Positions 19,835 through 30,394 of a stretch of 64,000 nt of DNA are shown here, one piece after another. Numbering within the stretch: the stretch's first letter is position 1; the number at the start of each line of letters is the position of its first letter. The stretch comes from a virus. Lineage: Duplodnaviria; Heunggongvirae; Uroviricota; Caudoviricetes. The position numbers and the translations under genes are program-made. The notes beneath the pieces are model-generated. The model was not told where the DNA came from. It saw only the letters and a program-made list of their open reading frames with translations, and did not search any database. The stretch is taken from IMG/VR virus record IMGVR_UViG_3300028898_000252, positions 253,946 to 317,945 of that record; one strand, 5' to 3'.

Positions 19835-20697
19835 TATTTAAATTCACTTTTAATTTTCGAATCCAATTGTTCTGGCGTTTGATTTTCTACAAAAGAATTT
19901 ACAATTAATTGCTTGAGTAAAACTTGAGCGTTAGTTGAATTTAACTTTTCGCCAAGTTCATTTTCATAGTGTTTATATAAATTATTTAACTCAACTTTCG
20001 TTTTGTTGAAAACATCCTTTAATTCTGAAGGATTTTGCTGCTGTGTACTTTTTGGATTTGTAATTTGATTAGTAACATTCTCTGGGTTTTGAATTTGTTT
20101 AATCTGAGAATTAATTTGCTCTAAAGATGTTTTTAATTGTTTTTTTGGCAAATTCACAAATTCGCTGCTGAATAAATTTATATCCAAATAAGGAATATCA
20201 CTAACATAGTTTGGGTTGTTGCTCAACATAGCAAGTGCTTTTTTAAACCAAGGAGAATTGTCTGCTTTTAAGGCAGTCATAATTTGTTTTCTGACTTCTT
20301 GGGCACTTGGAGAATTACCTAGTATTGCATTTTCATCTGGTGTTTTTTTATCGTCAAAAAAATCTCGGAGAGCTGGGAGTCTCGACAATGTGATTAAATC
20401 ATTCGAAAGAAAATTCCACATTTTAGAATAGAAAGAAACGACCTTTCCAGTAATGTCTCTTGACTTTTTTGGATCAGAGACAGAAGAATTTATATCAGTT
20501 TCAGCTTTTGCAATAGCCTGTTTTAGCGAATTAAAACTTGGCATTACATTAGAGACCAATCCATTTAATTTTTCTAGTTGATCTGCTAAAACTTTTAAAT
20601 TTTGTGTATCAATAGCTTCGTTTAATTTTTTGAGTACAAGATTTGAATCTATTGTTTCTTTTAATATTTTTTGATTTAGATCTCTAAGCGTATTCAT
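19831..20697 (-). CDS. hypothetical helical protein
   Basis: Long ORF with TAGTTA just upstream. Confidence 0.65.
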   Translation of the reverse strand: MNTLRDLNQKILKETIDSNLVLKKLNEAIDTQNLKVLADQLEKLNGLVSNVMPSFNSLKQAIAKAETDINSSVSDPKKSRDITGKVVSFYSKMWNFLSNDLITLSRLPALRDFFDDKKTPDENAILGNSPSAQEVRKQIMTALKADNSPWFKKALAMLSNNPNYVSDIPYLDINLFSSEFVNLPKKQLKTSLEQINSQIKQIQNPENVTNQITNPKSTQQQNPSELKDVFNKTKVELNNLYKHYENELGEKLNSTNAQVLLKQLIVNSFVENQTPEQLDSKIKSEFKY

Positions 20698-20753
20698 TAC
20701 AACTGTTAACTATTTTAGTTATACTTCTTCTTGAAATAAAACATGTTGATAAA

Positions 20754-21413
20754 ATGAATAATGGTTTAAAACTTACCAAAAAAATAATTCAAAATACAGA
20801 ATCTTATGAGGAAATAAAAGTTGATTCGACTGAATCTATTAAAGAACATGGAAACCTAGAAAATGAAAAAACGTTACCAAAAAAATTTTATTTGCCTGTT
20901 TTAAATTTGAATTATGAAGATAAATGGGAATCTGTTCCAAAAAATAAAAGAAAACATTTGACCGATCAAGAAGCGGAAAAGGTTTGTACAGAAAACTGTT
21001 GTGGTTATAAAGGATTGGCAGCGGCCTGCTGCCAAATAGACCCAGAAAGCTTAGAACATGTGTTGGGTAGTGTAGATAAAGATGACATTTCTAAAATACT
21101 AAAACATTTTAGAAAAATTAATCCATCAATAGAAAAATCTGATATTGTTATTGAAAAAGAAGAAGGCATTCGAATTGGAAATACATTTTTTAATGGGCAT
21201 GAGGCTTTTAAATCAGACAAATCTTATCCTATGCTTAGATTTCAGGTGCACGAAAATAGATTTATATGCAAATTTTTAAATCCGAAAACTAAACGTTGTG
21301 GAATTTATGAAGTAAGACCAAAAATGTGTGAAAATTATTGGTGTTCTTATTTAAAGAAAAGTTTCTTAATAAGGACACCGAGTAATCCAAACACATACAA
21401 GAAAATTTTATGA
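20754..21413 (+). CDS. YkgJ-family cysteine-cluster protein
   Basis: C..NCC...ACC and CKFL...RCGIYEVRPKMC. Confidence 0.75.
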   Translation: MNNGLKLTKKIIQNTESYEEIKVDSTESIKEHGNLENEKTLPKKFYLPVLNLNYEDKWESVPKNKRKHLTDQEAEKVCTENCCGYKGLAAACCQIDPESLEHVLGSVDKDDISKILKHFRKINPSIEKSDIVIEKEEGIRIGNTFFNGHEAFKSDKSYPMLRFQVHENRFICKFLNPKTKRCGIYEVRPKMCENYWCSYLKKSFLIRTPSNPNTYKKIL

Positions 21414-21479
21414 GCAGTTTATATCAAGTTATTGCATTTCGCTAATTGGAATTTAATAATAGGAAATAAGACTACTCCC

Positions 21480-22046
21480 ATGAGCAAAAAGAAACCAAAT
21501 CAATTTGACGTAATTTGCGAATCCAAAGAACAAGTATCGCCACCATTAAAAAGAAAATGGACACAGCCAGATAAAGGAAAAATAAACTATAATGATGTTA
21601 TTTCTTGGGTCAAAACAAAGCTTAACAGCGATGAAAAAGATTCAAGTTTATATCATTTAATTGTTGGAACAGATTCACAAAAAAGATCAAACAAGGTAAG
21701 ATTTGTAACCATTATCGCTCTTTACAAAGAAGGCAAAGGTGGAATGTATTTTTATACAAGTCATCTTTTGCCAAAAGAATTATTTGGCAAAACAAAACAT
21801 GATAAATCAAGAATTTATCAAGAGGTTGAATATTCAATAGAAACAGCAAACCAATTAATGACAGATATTGGAGATCAAATTATTCCATCTATCCATATTG
21901 ATGCATCGCCAAAACATAAAAAAGAATACACGTCTGATATATCTGATAATTTAATGTCTTTGATTCGTTCTTATGGTTTTGAACCATGTATTAAACCGTT
22001 TTCTTTCGCGGCATCTTCTATTGCAAATAAACATTCAAAAGGTTAA
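21480..22046 (+). CDS. YkuK/DUF458 RNase H-like protein
   Basis: LIVGTDSQ, GKGG.YFY, RIYQEV..S, IHID, KP..FAAS.IA.KH. Confidence 0.85.
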   Translation: MSKKKPNQFDVICESKEQVSPPLKRKWTQPDKGKINYNDVISWVKTKLNSDEKDSSLYHLIVGTDSQKRSNKVRFVTIIALYKEGKGGMYFYTSHLLPKELFGKTKHDKSRIYQEVEYSIETANQLMTDIGDQIIPSIHIDASPKHKKEYTSDISDNLMSLIRSYGFEPCIKPFSFAASSIANKHSKG

Positions 22047-22714
22047 TCGAAATCTATTTGGTAATCATCATAACCTGAGTATAGGTCAATTATGATGAAA
22101 TGGCCATTTGAATTTAGTGCAATGTTATTCAAGTGTAGGTCATCTAGACGTAGATTACAGTTTTTGACTGCAAGCAAAAATTCTTTAAAATTTGGTTTTG
22201 ACAAAAAGTATCTTAAAATATTTCTGTAAGATTCTAACCCATATCTTTTATAATGTTTATAACCTTTAATCCAGTTAATAATATCTGAAAAACCATAAAA
22301 CTCAGATTCGCTAATATCGTTTAATTCTTCTAAATTGATATCAAAAAAATCTAAAACAAGGTGTTGCACTTGTTTGTTTTTTTTGTATGTAACTGCTGCT
22401 CGTTCAACCACAGCCCAACCGCGACCAGAACTATAAATCTTTGGAAACCATTCAGGGGCACATTCTGCGGCAGAAACTTCAGTATTGATATCAGAAAGAC
22501 CACTTGAATTCTTAGCAACTTTTAATACTTTTTTGGGTCCGAGCGAAAACACAATTTTATACTGACCTTCGCCAGTTACCTTAAAACCATTATTTTTTAA
22601 TAACTGAATTGCTGAACGATAATTTTCATTTTCAATCATTTTTTCCAAATTAACTAATAAATTTGGATCAGATTCTAGTTTAGTTTTTTCATCCAAACTT
22701 CTATTTTCTTTCAT
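22043..22714 (-). CDS. protein-kinase-like fold protein
   Basis: GEGQYKIVF, VLKVA, DLHLNN, IIID. Confidence 0.65.
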   Translation of the reverse strand: MKENRSLDEKTKLESDPNLLVNLEKMIENENYRSAIQLLKNNGFKVTGEGQYKIVFSLGPKKVLKVAKNSSGLSDINTEVSAAECAPEWFPKIYSSGRGWAVVERAAVTYKKNKQVQHLVLDFFDINLEELNDISESEFYGFSDIINWIKGYKHYKRYGLESYRNILRYFLSKPNFKEFLLAVKNCNLRLDDLHLNNIALNSNGHFIIIDLYSGYDDYQIDFD

Positions 22715-22761
22715 GAATATAAGTAACATTTTAAAATATTTTTAATATTCTAATCAAGAAA

Positions 22762-23148
22762 ATGGATACAAAAGAACAAGCCAGACTAAAACTAGATTCA
22801 GAAATCGAAAAAGCTCTGTATCAATATACAAACAAAATCAAAGAAAATCTTTATGATTTCGTAATGCTTAATGTAAAACGTGACCAACAGCTTAATTCAA
22901 TTATCGATACAACAACATTAAAAATTTTAATTGATTTGTCTCAAAGAGCAATACAGCAAGGAAAAGGACTTTTTGTCGAAGAATTTAATAGAGATATTAA
23001 AAAAGCATTGGATGGCTATGTTGGTGCTGAAAACCCTACTTCGAAAGTCTCAACAATAGAGACGCCCCCAACAGAAACAAAGGAACCAGTAAAACAAGTT
23101 GGCTTAACAAACAAACCAAAAATTTCATTTTCTTTTCCGCAAGAATAA
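22762..23148 (+). CDS. hypothetical protein
   Basis: ORF track; first gene of a + strand run. Confidence 0.6.
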   Translation: MDTKEQARLKLDSEIEKALYQYTNKIKENLYDFVMLNVKRDQQLNSIIDTTTLKILIDLSQRAIQQGKGLFVEEFNRDIKKALDGYVGAENPTSKVSTIETPPTETKEPVKQVGLTNKPKISFSFPQE

Positions 23149-23184
23149 TTCTTCTATTATTTATTTTTTCAACATTTAAATAAA

Positions 23185-23667
23185 ATGAATTCCTATATAA
23201 AACATCTAATAGAATGCAATTGTATTCTCCCTCAGTTTAAAAGAGTTCAACCTCCTCTTTTTCATAAGTTTATAGCGTTTTCTGAATTAGATCCAAAAGA
23301 TGAAAAAATAATCTCATCTTATGTTAAGTGCAATAATTGCGGAGCGGTTCATAGAGTTTACGAGGTTTCAAAATCTGAAATTACGAAAAATGAAAACACA
23401 AAAGGAGTAGTTTCGATAGAGGAAATTAAATTGGGAATGTCTGAAAAACTTTCAATAATATTAGAAAAATATGAATGTCCTTTGCCAACATGGCAAGAGG
23501 TTTCTTTTATTATTGAAAATAAGTTGTGGGGAAAAGAAATTATATTATCAAAAGAAACAGAAGAAACAAAGACTCAGAAAAGGATACTCTTTACAACTTT
23601 ATTAATTGCTGGTGAAACTCTCTTTAAAATAAATAAAAGAGAAAAGGAAACAAACAATGAACAATAA
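23185..23667 (+). CDS. hypothetical protein with Zn-ribbon motifs
   Basis: CNC and CNNCG..H. Confidence 0.65.
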   Translation: MNSYIKHLIECNCILPQFKRVQPPLFHKFIAFSELDPKDEKIISSYVKCNNCGAVHRVYEVSKSEITKNENTKGVVSIEEIKLGMSEKLSIILEKYECPLPTWQEVSFIIENKLWGKEIILSKETEETKTQKRILFTTLLIAGETLFKINKREKETNNEQ

Positions 23668-23971
23668 ACAAATAGAAGAAACCGATCCATTTGTCGACGA
23701 AGATTTTACAAATGAAATAGACTTGGCTTCTCTTGAAACAACTCTTACAAAAGAAGAAAAAAATAAATGTTTTGAAGTGGTTCGCGAAGTAGCGAACTAT
23801 CTCAAAACAGACCGCGAAAAGCTTTATATGATGGAACGTTTAATTCTTGAACTTGAAAATCATATTGCAAGCGAATCTTTTATGTCTGCAATAAAATCTT
23901 CTCGAAAAGTATTAAATAAAAAAGATGGAACTACTTTAGTTGCTGGCACAAAAAAAGGATTAGTTCTCTAA
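23657..23971 (+). CDS. hypothetical protein
   Basis: Coupled ORF with AAGGA RBS. Confidence 0.6.
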   Translation: MNNKQIEETDPFVDEDFTNEIDLASLETTLTKEEKNKCFEVVREVANYLKTDREKLYMMERLILELENHIASESFMSAIKSSRKVLNKKDGTTLVAGTKKGLVL

Positions 23972-24219
23972 TGATCAAATATGAAACACAGTTTAGTAAA
24001 GTTTTTATAAAAAGAAATGATGGCTTATATCAAGAGGTTATAAGACATTTTATAAAAACCACAAATACATTAACCAATCAAATAACAACGTCATTCGACA
24101 AAGAAATTATTGGTAAATTGTTTAAACGAGCGACCGTAAGAGATGTTGGGGTAAACGGAACTGAATCTTTTGTTGATGAGAACACTGGCGAAACAATTTT
24201 GTTAGTTGCTATTCAATAA
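23971..24219 (+). CDS. hypothetical protein
   Basis: TAATG stop/start overlap. Confidence 0.55.
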   Translation: MIKYETQFSKVFIKRNDGLYQEVIRHFIKTTNTLTNQITTSFDKEIIGKLFKRATVRDVGVNGTESFVDENTGETILLVAIQ

Positions 24220-25051
24220 TAAGTTTATGATTTCTAAGTTACCAAGTTGGCTTGATCCAACAAAAGAAATAACAAATTCTTCAAAACCTAAATGGTTTAC
24301 TGATTTGGAAAGACCAAAACAAGACGCTGTTTTTTATCTCTGGGTTATTGACTCTTTCTTTCATGCAGCAAATGAAAACGGTTTTATTCTATCACCAGAT
24401 AAATTAATTGAAATAACTGCAAATGCAGCTGTTGAAACAGGACACGGACAAAAATGGAATGGGAATAATTGGGGTGGTGTTAAAATTAGCAAACCTTATG
24501 TTGACAGTTACAAAATAAAACATAACAATCCTCCATCATGGTTTAGAAGTAAAGGACACGTCGCAGGTGGCGATGACGAAACTGTTTATTATGTACATTT
24601 CGAATCACCGCAAGAATATGCAAATTATTGGCTTGAAAAATTTGTTCCCATGAATTTTTCGGATGCAGAACCCACGCCAGAAAATAAAAAATCAAGATAT
24701 TATAAAACATCAAAAGCTTTTTGGGAAAACCTAACTGGAGATACCGCACATTGGTTTTATGAATTGTGTGTTTCTGGTTATAAAGGAGAAGTTACAAAAA
24801 AGAATCCTGCTCCAAGTGTGGAAACGCTTTTTAATTGCAAGTCTAGAATTCAAATAATGGTTTCGCAACTAATTTTAGCTTTAACACCTGATGGTGTTTG
24901 GGGACCAAAATCAAAACAAACCTGCAAAGAATTTCAAAAAAAATATGGAATTACAGAATCTGGCGAGCTAACCAAAGAAACTATTGATAAAATTGTTAAT
25001 TCATATTTTACTCTTGCAGAATATAGCAAAAGACTAAATTTAAATTTTTAA
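24206..25051 (+). CDS. lysozyme-like (glucosaminidase/FlgJ-type) hydrolase with C-terminal peptidoglycan-binding domain
   Basis: AAVETGHG, NNWGGVK, GY; DGVWGPKS....FQKKYG...G.L..ET. Confidence 0.7.
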   Translation: MLFNNKFMISKLPSWLDPTKEITNSSKPKWFTDLERPKQDAVFYLWVIDSFFHAANENGFILSPDKLIEITANAAVETGHGQKWNGNNWGGVKISKPYVDSYKIKHNNPPSWFRSKGHVAGGDDETVYYVHFESPQEYANYWLEKFVPMNFSDAEPTPENKKSRYYKTSKAFWENLTGDTAHWFYELCVSGYKGEVTKKNPAPSVETLFNCKSRIQIMVSQLILALTPDGVWGPKSKQTCKEFQKKYGITESGELTKETIDKIVNSYFTLAEYSKRLNLNF

Positions 25052-25878
25052 AATTGAATTAAAGAATCTATTGGACGAGGAATGTAAATTCCATTTTTAT
25101 AACCTTTTGATTTTAACATCGCAACAGTTTTTCCTAAAGGAACACCATCGCAATCTTTCTCTGTCATTCCGAAAGAAATTTGTCGTTGTTTCCATATTGA
25201 AATATCTTCGGAACTGTCCATGTCAAAACATTCATAACCTGCATCTTTTAATGCCCAAAATATATGTTCTCCTGGGTCTCCAGGGCCTCTTTCTGACGTT
25301 ATATTAACATGTCCAATAATTCCTATTAAATCATCTCCACTACCTTCAGCGGCTGATAAACGCTTAATTTGTTTTAAGTTAGGTTTATTTTGTTTTTTGT
25401 TCCAAGGAATTTGTCGTTGAATTCCAAGCGCAGCAGTTAACACATCAATTAACAATACAGTTTTTTCTATTTCCTTAGAATATAAAATTCGCTTGGAAGA
25501 TCCAAAAGGATCTTTGTCTTGGACCATTTCAATTCCAAGCGAAAATCCATTAACATTACCAGCTTGCCATGAAAAATCGATAAATGGATCATTTTGGCAT
25601 ATAACATCTCCATTCAAATCAACTGTATAATCCCAAGAAACTTGTCGGTCTGTATTGGTTTGGTACCTTGCCAATGTTTCATCAATAGTAGAATCCCTAC
25701 CGTCCCCAGTTACTAAATTACTCAAAATACCTTCATGTGTATGAACAACAATCATTCTCGCCGCGCGAGTACGTTTGGTTTTATCTGTAATATATTTAAC
25801 ATTCTTAATTCCGTCATCCCAACATTTCGTATTTAGATTTGGGATTTCATATTTTTTTGAATTTAAAATTATAGACAT
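25048..25878 (-). CDS. N-acetylmuramoyl-L-alanine amidase (Amidase_2)
   Basis: IVVHTHEG, SWQAG, NGFSLGIE, IIGH, DPG. Confidence 0.85.
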   Translation of the reverse strand: MSIILNSKKYEIPNLNTKCWDDGIKNVKYITDKTKRTRAARMIVVHTHEGILSNLVTGDGRDSTIDETLARYQTNTDRQVSWDYTVDLNGDVICQNDPFIDFSWQAGNVNGFSLGIEMVQDKDPFGSSKRILYSKEIEKTVLLIDVLTAALGIQRQIPWNKKQNKPNLKQIKRLSAAEGSGDDLIGIIGHVNITSERGPGDPGEHIFWALKDAGYECFDMDSSEDISIWKQRQISFGMTEKDCDGVPLGKTVAMLKSKGYKNGIYIPRPIDSLIQF

Positions 25879-25897
25879 TGTTTTAAATATAAATTAA

Positions 25898-26194
25898 TTA
25901 GATCAAGCAATACTTGTGGACCCAATAAATACCATTAACGTCATCTAAAATTTTAACATATTCTTTATCGTTGGAAAGTTCTAATAAAATAACACTATTA
26001 TTTGGAATAGGAACTATTAACTCATGAGTTTTTTTGTATTTGCAATATTCGTTTCTTGTTCCATAAACTTGTTTGTTAACAATTTTATAATTTTTATTAA
26101 AATCTATCTCAAATTTTTCTTCGTTTTTTGAAGACAAAAAACAAATCAGCTGCATTGTTTCATCATGAAAATTTCCCTTGACAACTTGGATCAT
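25898..26194 (-). CDS. hypothetical protein
   Basis: ORF track. Confidence 0.5.
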   Translation of the reverse strand: MIQVVKGNFHDETMQLICFLSSKNEEKFEIDFNKNYKIVNKQVYGTRNEYCKYKKTHELIVPIPNNSVILLELSNDKEYVKILDDVNGIYWVHKYCLI

Positions 26195-26218
26195 TTGCTT
26201 TAAATAGTATTACAAAAA

Positions 26219-26686
26219 ATGTGTGAAATTTGTCTAAAACAAAAATGTATTTGCCAAAAGATTATTAATGAAGAAATTGATGAAATCGGATTTCTAATAT
26301 CAAAACCAAAAAAAAGAAAATCCATAAAAATAGAATTATCTTTGTTTCAAAACACAAAAGAAGTTGAAAACAAATATATTTTAAAAATGCTAGCTGCCGC
26401 AAAAAAAAGAGCAGAAAAAAAGAAAATCGAATTTGATCTAGAAATTGAAGATATAGAAATTCCAAGATTTTGTCCAATCCTTGGTATTCCACTATATTCG
26501 TCTAAATTAAATACAGACTGTAGCCCTTCAATAGATAGAATAGATAACACCAAAGGTTATACAAAGACTAATATACAAGTTATATCAACAAGGGCAAACA
26601 GAATTAAAAACGATTCAACATTTGAGGAAATTGAAAAACTCTACTTGTTTCTCAAAGAAAATAAATTTAAAAAAGGGCTTGACTAG
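26219..26686 (+). CDS. HNH/His-Me finger endonuclease-like protein
   Basis: AKKRA, CPILGIPL, SPSIDRIDNTKGY...N......AN..K. Confidence 0.8.
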   Translation: MCEICLKQKCICQKIINEEIDEIGFLISKPKKRKSIKIELSLFQNTKEVENKYILKMLAAAKKRAEKKKIEFDLEIEDIEIPRFCPILGIPLYSSKLNTDCSPSIDRIDNTKGYTKTNIQVISTRANRIKNDSTFEEIEKLYLFLKENKFKKGLD

Positions 26687-26723
26687 TACCTACATGTGCT
26701 TACCTTGACACGGAGGTGCTCCA

Positions 26724-27266
26724 ATGGCAAAAATACTCGGTAAAAAAGGTGCTTTGACAAAGAAAAGCATCTTAGAATATCAAGACTATGAACTTTATAG
26801 TAAGGATTTAATTCCAATAACTGATGACTATGAATTTCTTATTCTTGAAATTTGCGAAAATGACTTTTTAAAATTTTCTGAGATTTTGGAATATAAAGTT
26901 TTAACGGAAAATGGAATTTGTTATTTACAAACATCTGAAAACAGTTTATTTTTATCCGATGAGCAACTAAAAATGAAGAAAGGAAAACTTTCTTTGAAAA
27001 AAGATTTACAGATCACATCTAATATTCAAAAAAGTCTTCTAAAAATAGAATCTTATAACTTTAATCGCTGGGATCTTTATTCTTCAGATAAAGAAATTGA
27101 CAGTTCTTTTTTGAATATTTTTTATGATATAAAGTTTCACTCTCTGGTAAAAGAAAATTTTGCAGTTGATTTATTAAAATATACTGCTTGGCATCCTATC
27201 TTTCAAGATGTTGTTATTTTAACAGAGCCAAAATCGTTTCATTGGGTGGAACTTCCAGTTCTTTAA
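26724..27266 (+). CDS. hypothetical protein (KVLTENG family)
   Basis: GGAGG RBS and a TTGACT-type promoter upstream. Confidence 0.65.
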   Translation: MAKILGKKGALTKKSILEYQDYELYSKDLIPITDDYEFLILEICENDFLKFSEILEYKVLTENGICYLQTSENSLFLSDEQLKMKKGKLSLKKDLQITSNIQKSLLKIESYNFNRWDLYSSDKEIDSSFLNIFYDIKFHSLVKENFAVDLLKYTAWHPIFQDVVILTEPKSFHWVELPVL

Positions 27267-27657
27267 TTTCAAAGATTTCAGGCAGAATTAAATTCTTTTG
27301 TTTTTCCAAAACACTAAGATATGGCGAGGGCACTATCCGAAAATAGTGCCCTTTTTTTATTTTTGTGATCTCGAAACGTATTATTCCTATTTCAATAATT
27401 TTTTTAGTTGTTAAAAACGAACCAATAATAACTGCTGTTATGAAAGTTTCACTTTCTTTTTTAAGTAAAAACTGTAAGTTATTTAAAAATATAATCTCAT
27501 TTTTTTTAAACAAAAATACATTTTCTTTTTTACTGATCAAATTTAATAAAGATTCGAATTTTGTATAAACATTTTGATTTGTATCTTTATTTAAAAAATT
27601 AAATAAAGTTTTGAATTCATATTCTTCTATTTTGTAAAATACTTTTTCTTTAATCAA
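27214..27657 (-). CDS. hypothetical protein
   Basis: Coupled ORF in a minus-strand run. Confidence 0.5.
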   Translation of the reverse strand: MIKEKVFYKIEEYEFKTLFNFLNKDTNQNVYTKFESLLNLISKKENVFLFKKNEIIFLNNLQFLLKKESETFITAVIIGSFLTTKKIIEIGIIRFEITKIKKGHYFRIVPSPYLSVLEKQKNLILPEIFEIKELEVPPNETILALLK

Positions 27658-28202
27658 AGCAAAATTTCCACAACAGAATATTGATTTAAAATTTCTTTTA
27701 CAAGATTTTCTATTCGTTTTTTTGGCCGTATTTTTTTACTTCTGGAAAGCTCTTCTGCTCCAATTATTTTAAACGAAATAGGAAAAGAAATTCCATTCTC
27801 ATCTCTTAGGTTTAAATAATTTTCGTAGTTGAAAATAGAGCTATAGTCGAACTGACTAATAATAGGCGCAAAGATCTCCAAATCAACAAAATCAGAACCG
27901 TTTATTTCCGTTTCTAAGACGCATTTAATATTGTCTGTAGATAAACAGATCAAATACATACCAGATTCTGTCAAAACATTTACTGTTGTTGTGTATTCAA
28001 TTGAAATGTCTCCAGAAAAACCTGTTTTGTCTTGTGTGGTAAAAACTAAAGCTGTCGATTTAACTAAGTTTAGAAGAAGAGCTTCTTCGTTGTTAAAAAA
28101 TAATTTTTCTTTGCACGAATGTAAACTATTATAAAGAAACCATATTCTTTCTTTAAGATATGTATCGAAAACTTCTTTAACTAGAAGATTTTTTGGTTCC
28201 AT
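27654..28202 (-). CDS. hypothetical protein (VLTESG family)
   Basis: Coupled ORF. Confidence 0.6.
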   Translation of the reverse strand: MEPKNLLVKEVFDTYLKERIWFLYNSLHSCKEKLFFNNEEALLLNLVKSTALVFTTQDKTGFSGDISIEYTTTVNVLTESGMYLICLSTDNIKCVLETEINGSDFVDLEIFAPIISQFDYSSIFNYENYLNLRDENGISFPISFKIIGAEELSRSKKIRPKKRIENLVKEILNQYSVVEILL

Positions 28203-28658
28203 TTATTTTTCATAACTAGTGGCCAAAATCTCTTTAATTGGTTTGCTAATTTCTAGAAGGATTTCTTCAAAAAGTAGCTCAATTGTTTTTTTATGTTTTA
28301 TATTTGTTAAAATTTTGTTAAAAATAAATGGATCTGTGATCCAACCTTGATAACCTTCTTGATAAGAAATCCGAATAAGCGTTCGCTCAATTATGTTTTC
28401 GGTTGTTAAAAACTTAACTTTACAGTCAATATATCCTTTTGTTTCAAGCTTTAGGTGTTTTTCAGTTTTAACAAAGACTCCAAGAGGCAAACGTATGTCA
28501 CAAGAAGGTGTCTCTAAATTAGATGAAAAATCTTTCAAAGCATATGGGTTTGTTTTTTCAAACAAGTCAATAATTTTCTTTTCATAAGATGAAAAAATTT
28601 CATCAACTTTTGCTTTAAGTGTTTGAATATTATCAGATGTAACCATTTCTATATTCAT
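28203..28658 (-). CDS. hypothetical protein
   Basis: Coupled ORF. Confidence 0.6.
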   Translation of the reverse strand: MNIEMVTSDNIQTLKAKVDEIFSSYEKKIIDLFEKTNPYALKDFSSNLETPSCDIRLPLGVFVKTEKHLKLETKGYIDCKVKFLTTENIIERTLIRISYQEGYQGWITDPFIFNKILTNIKHKKTIELLFEEILLEISKPIKEILATSYEK

Positions 28659-29086
28659 TATTTTTCCAACTTAAAAGGTTTGATCGAAACTTTATCTAGT
28701 TCATATTTAGATTTCATTTCTTTTGTTATTTCGTAAGTAAAATCTAATCTCTGTAGTGGTTTGTTGTCAATAGAAAAATCATTAAAAGGAAAATTTAACC
28801 AAAAATTTAAGTTCGTATATCCTTTAAGTTCTAATACAGCAAAAACGACCTCAACTATTTCCAGTTCGGTTAACAATTTCACACTTTTAGACCAAATAAA
28901 GGCTTCTTCTGTTATTTTCCACTCTAAGTTAGAATCTAATAAAATAAATGTCTTTCCTTTATATAAAATATTCTTATTTTCAAAATACTTTACATATTTT
29001 TTTATTTCAAGTTCAATAGATTCATAAAAAACATCTAAATAAATGTTTTTTATCGCAAGAACAAATTTTTCCTGAAAAGAATCCAT
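28658..29086 (-). CDS. hypothetical protein
   Basis: Coupled ORF. Confidence 0.6.
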   Translation of the reverse strand: MDSFQEKFVLAIKNIYLDVFYESIELEIKKYVKYFENKNILYKGKTFILLDSNLEWKITEEAFIWSKSVKLLTELEIVEVVFAVLELKGYTNLNFWLNFPFNDFSIDNKPLQRLDFTYEITKEMKSKYELDKVSIKPFKLEK

Positions 29087-29182
29087 GTAATTTTAAATAC
29101 ATATTTTTTTACTCAGATTCGTAGTTAACACTACTATAATTAAATTAATCTTTTGCCTATATAATAAATGAGTTTTTAACTA

Positions 29183-29656
29183 ATGACGACATCATTTCCA
29201 TCTTCTTTAGATAATTTTCTAAATCCCTCTGGGACAACCAAACTTAATGATGCGACTTATTTACACCACGAACAACATTCAAATGCGAATGATTCGATAG
29301 AAGCAATTGAACAAAAATTAGGAATTAATTTATCGAGTATAAGTTCTACTTTGGATTTTGCAAAATTTTTATATTTTTTAACTGAAACACAACACAGTTC
29401 TGGAATTTACAGAGAAATAGAAGGACTTCCATTTCCAACAAAAATAGTTTGGTATGCCTCTCCTACCGCAATTTCAAGTCAAAAATTAGTTGAAAAAGAA
29501 TATGTGTATGGACCTGGAAGTAAAAAATTTGTAACCCAAGTTATTTATAGACTTTACAGTGCTGGTTCTGTTGTAAGGACAATAACAGACACCATACAAC
29601 TTAGCAACAGTGGAAATGGTCCATTTGAACAATCAAGAATAAGGACGATTACTTAG
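29183..29656 (+). CDS. putative virion protein
   Basis: FPSSLD.F..P, H..QH.NAND.IEAIE.KLG N-terminal module typical of phage fibre-associated proteins. Confidence 0.6.
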   Translation: MTTSFPSSLDNFLNPSGTTKLNDATYLHHEQHSNANDSIEAIEQKLGINLSSISSTLDFAKFLYFLTETQHSSGIYREIEGLPFPTKIVWYASPTAISSQKLVEKEYVYGPGSKKFVTQVIYRLYSAGSVVRTITDTIQLSNSGNGPFEQSRIRTIT

Positions 29657-29701
29657 TATTTTACTTTCAGCTAAATATTTATTTTTGAGGAAAATAAATA
29701 G

Positions 29702-30331
29702 ATGCCTTTAGATTCACCAGTTTCAATTTTGTTTAATAGTGATGGAATTGAATTAGCAGTTTCTGGTGGTAGTACACCGCCAGTTTCAACAAGCGCATTA
29801 ATGATTGCTGGTATTGATGCAGCAAGCGCGGCAAGAGTATTAAGAACTCACACAGATGGAACTTTATTCGTCACTGGTACTGTTTCCACAACAGCAACAA
29901 GTGTCGGTCAAGGAAATTCTGGTTCAATTGCGCAGTCTTGGTATGTGCAACTTACAAATGGAACAACTGTTATTGGACAAGGCCAAACAACAGCATTATT
30001 TGTAACTGGAAATGTTACTGTAACAAACATTGTAACAACAAGTATGCAACGTTCAACTTCGAGTTCAATTGCTACTGTTGCAAGAACTGGAACCAGTACC
30101 ACCATTCTTGCTGCAAACGGATACCGAAATGGAGCGTCAGTTTTTAATGATTCTAATGCTGTATTATATTTGCGTTTATCTGCTGGTTCCGCAACAACAA
30201 CAAGTTATTCAACAAAACTTGGCGCACAATCTTATTTTGAAGTTCCAACAGAATATTCAGGAATTATTAATGGAATTTGGGCTTCTGCTGGATCAGGAAA
30301 TGCTTTGGTAACAGAATACACACCTACCTAA
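29702..30331 (+). CDS. putative virion protein
   Basis: Thr/Ser-rich; ILAAN..R.GA.VFNDS, Y.G.I.GIW. Confidence 0.65.
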   Translation: MPLDSPVSILFNSDGIELAVSGGSTPPVSTSALMIAGIDAASAARVLRTHTDGTLFVTGTVSTTATSVGQGNSGSIAQSWYVQLTNGTTVIGQGQTTALFVTGNVTVTNIVTTSMQRSTSSSIATVARTGTSTTILAANGYRNGASVFNDSNAVLYLRLSAGSATTTSYSTKLGAQSYFEVPTEYSGIINGIWASAGSGNALVTEYTPT

Positions 30332-30394
30332 ACATTAATTAAATATTAATATTTAATATATTAATATAATTACACGTTTAGTTAGTAGAGTAAT

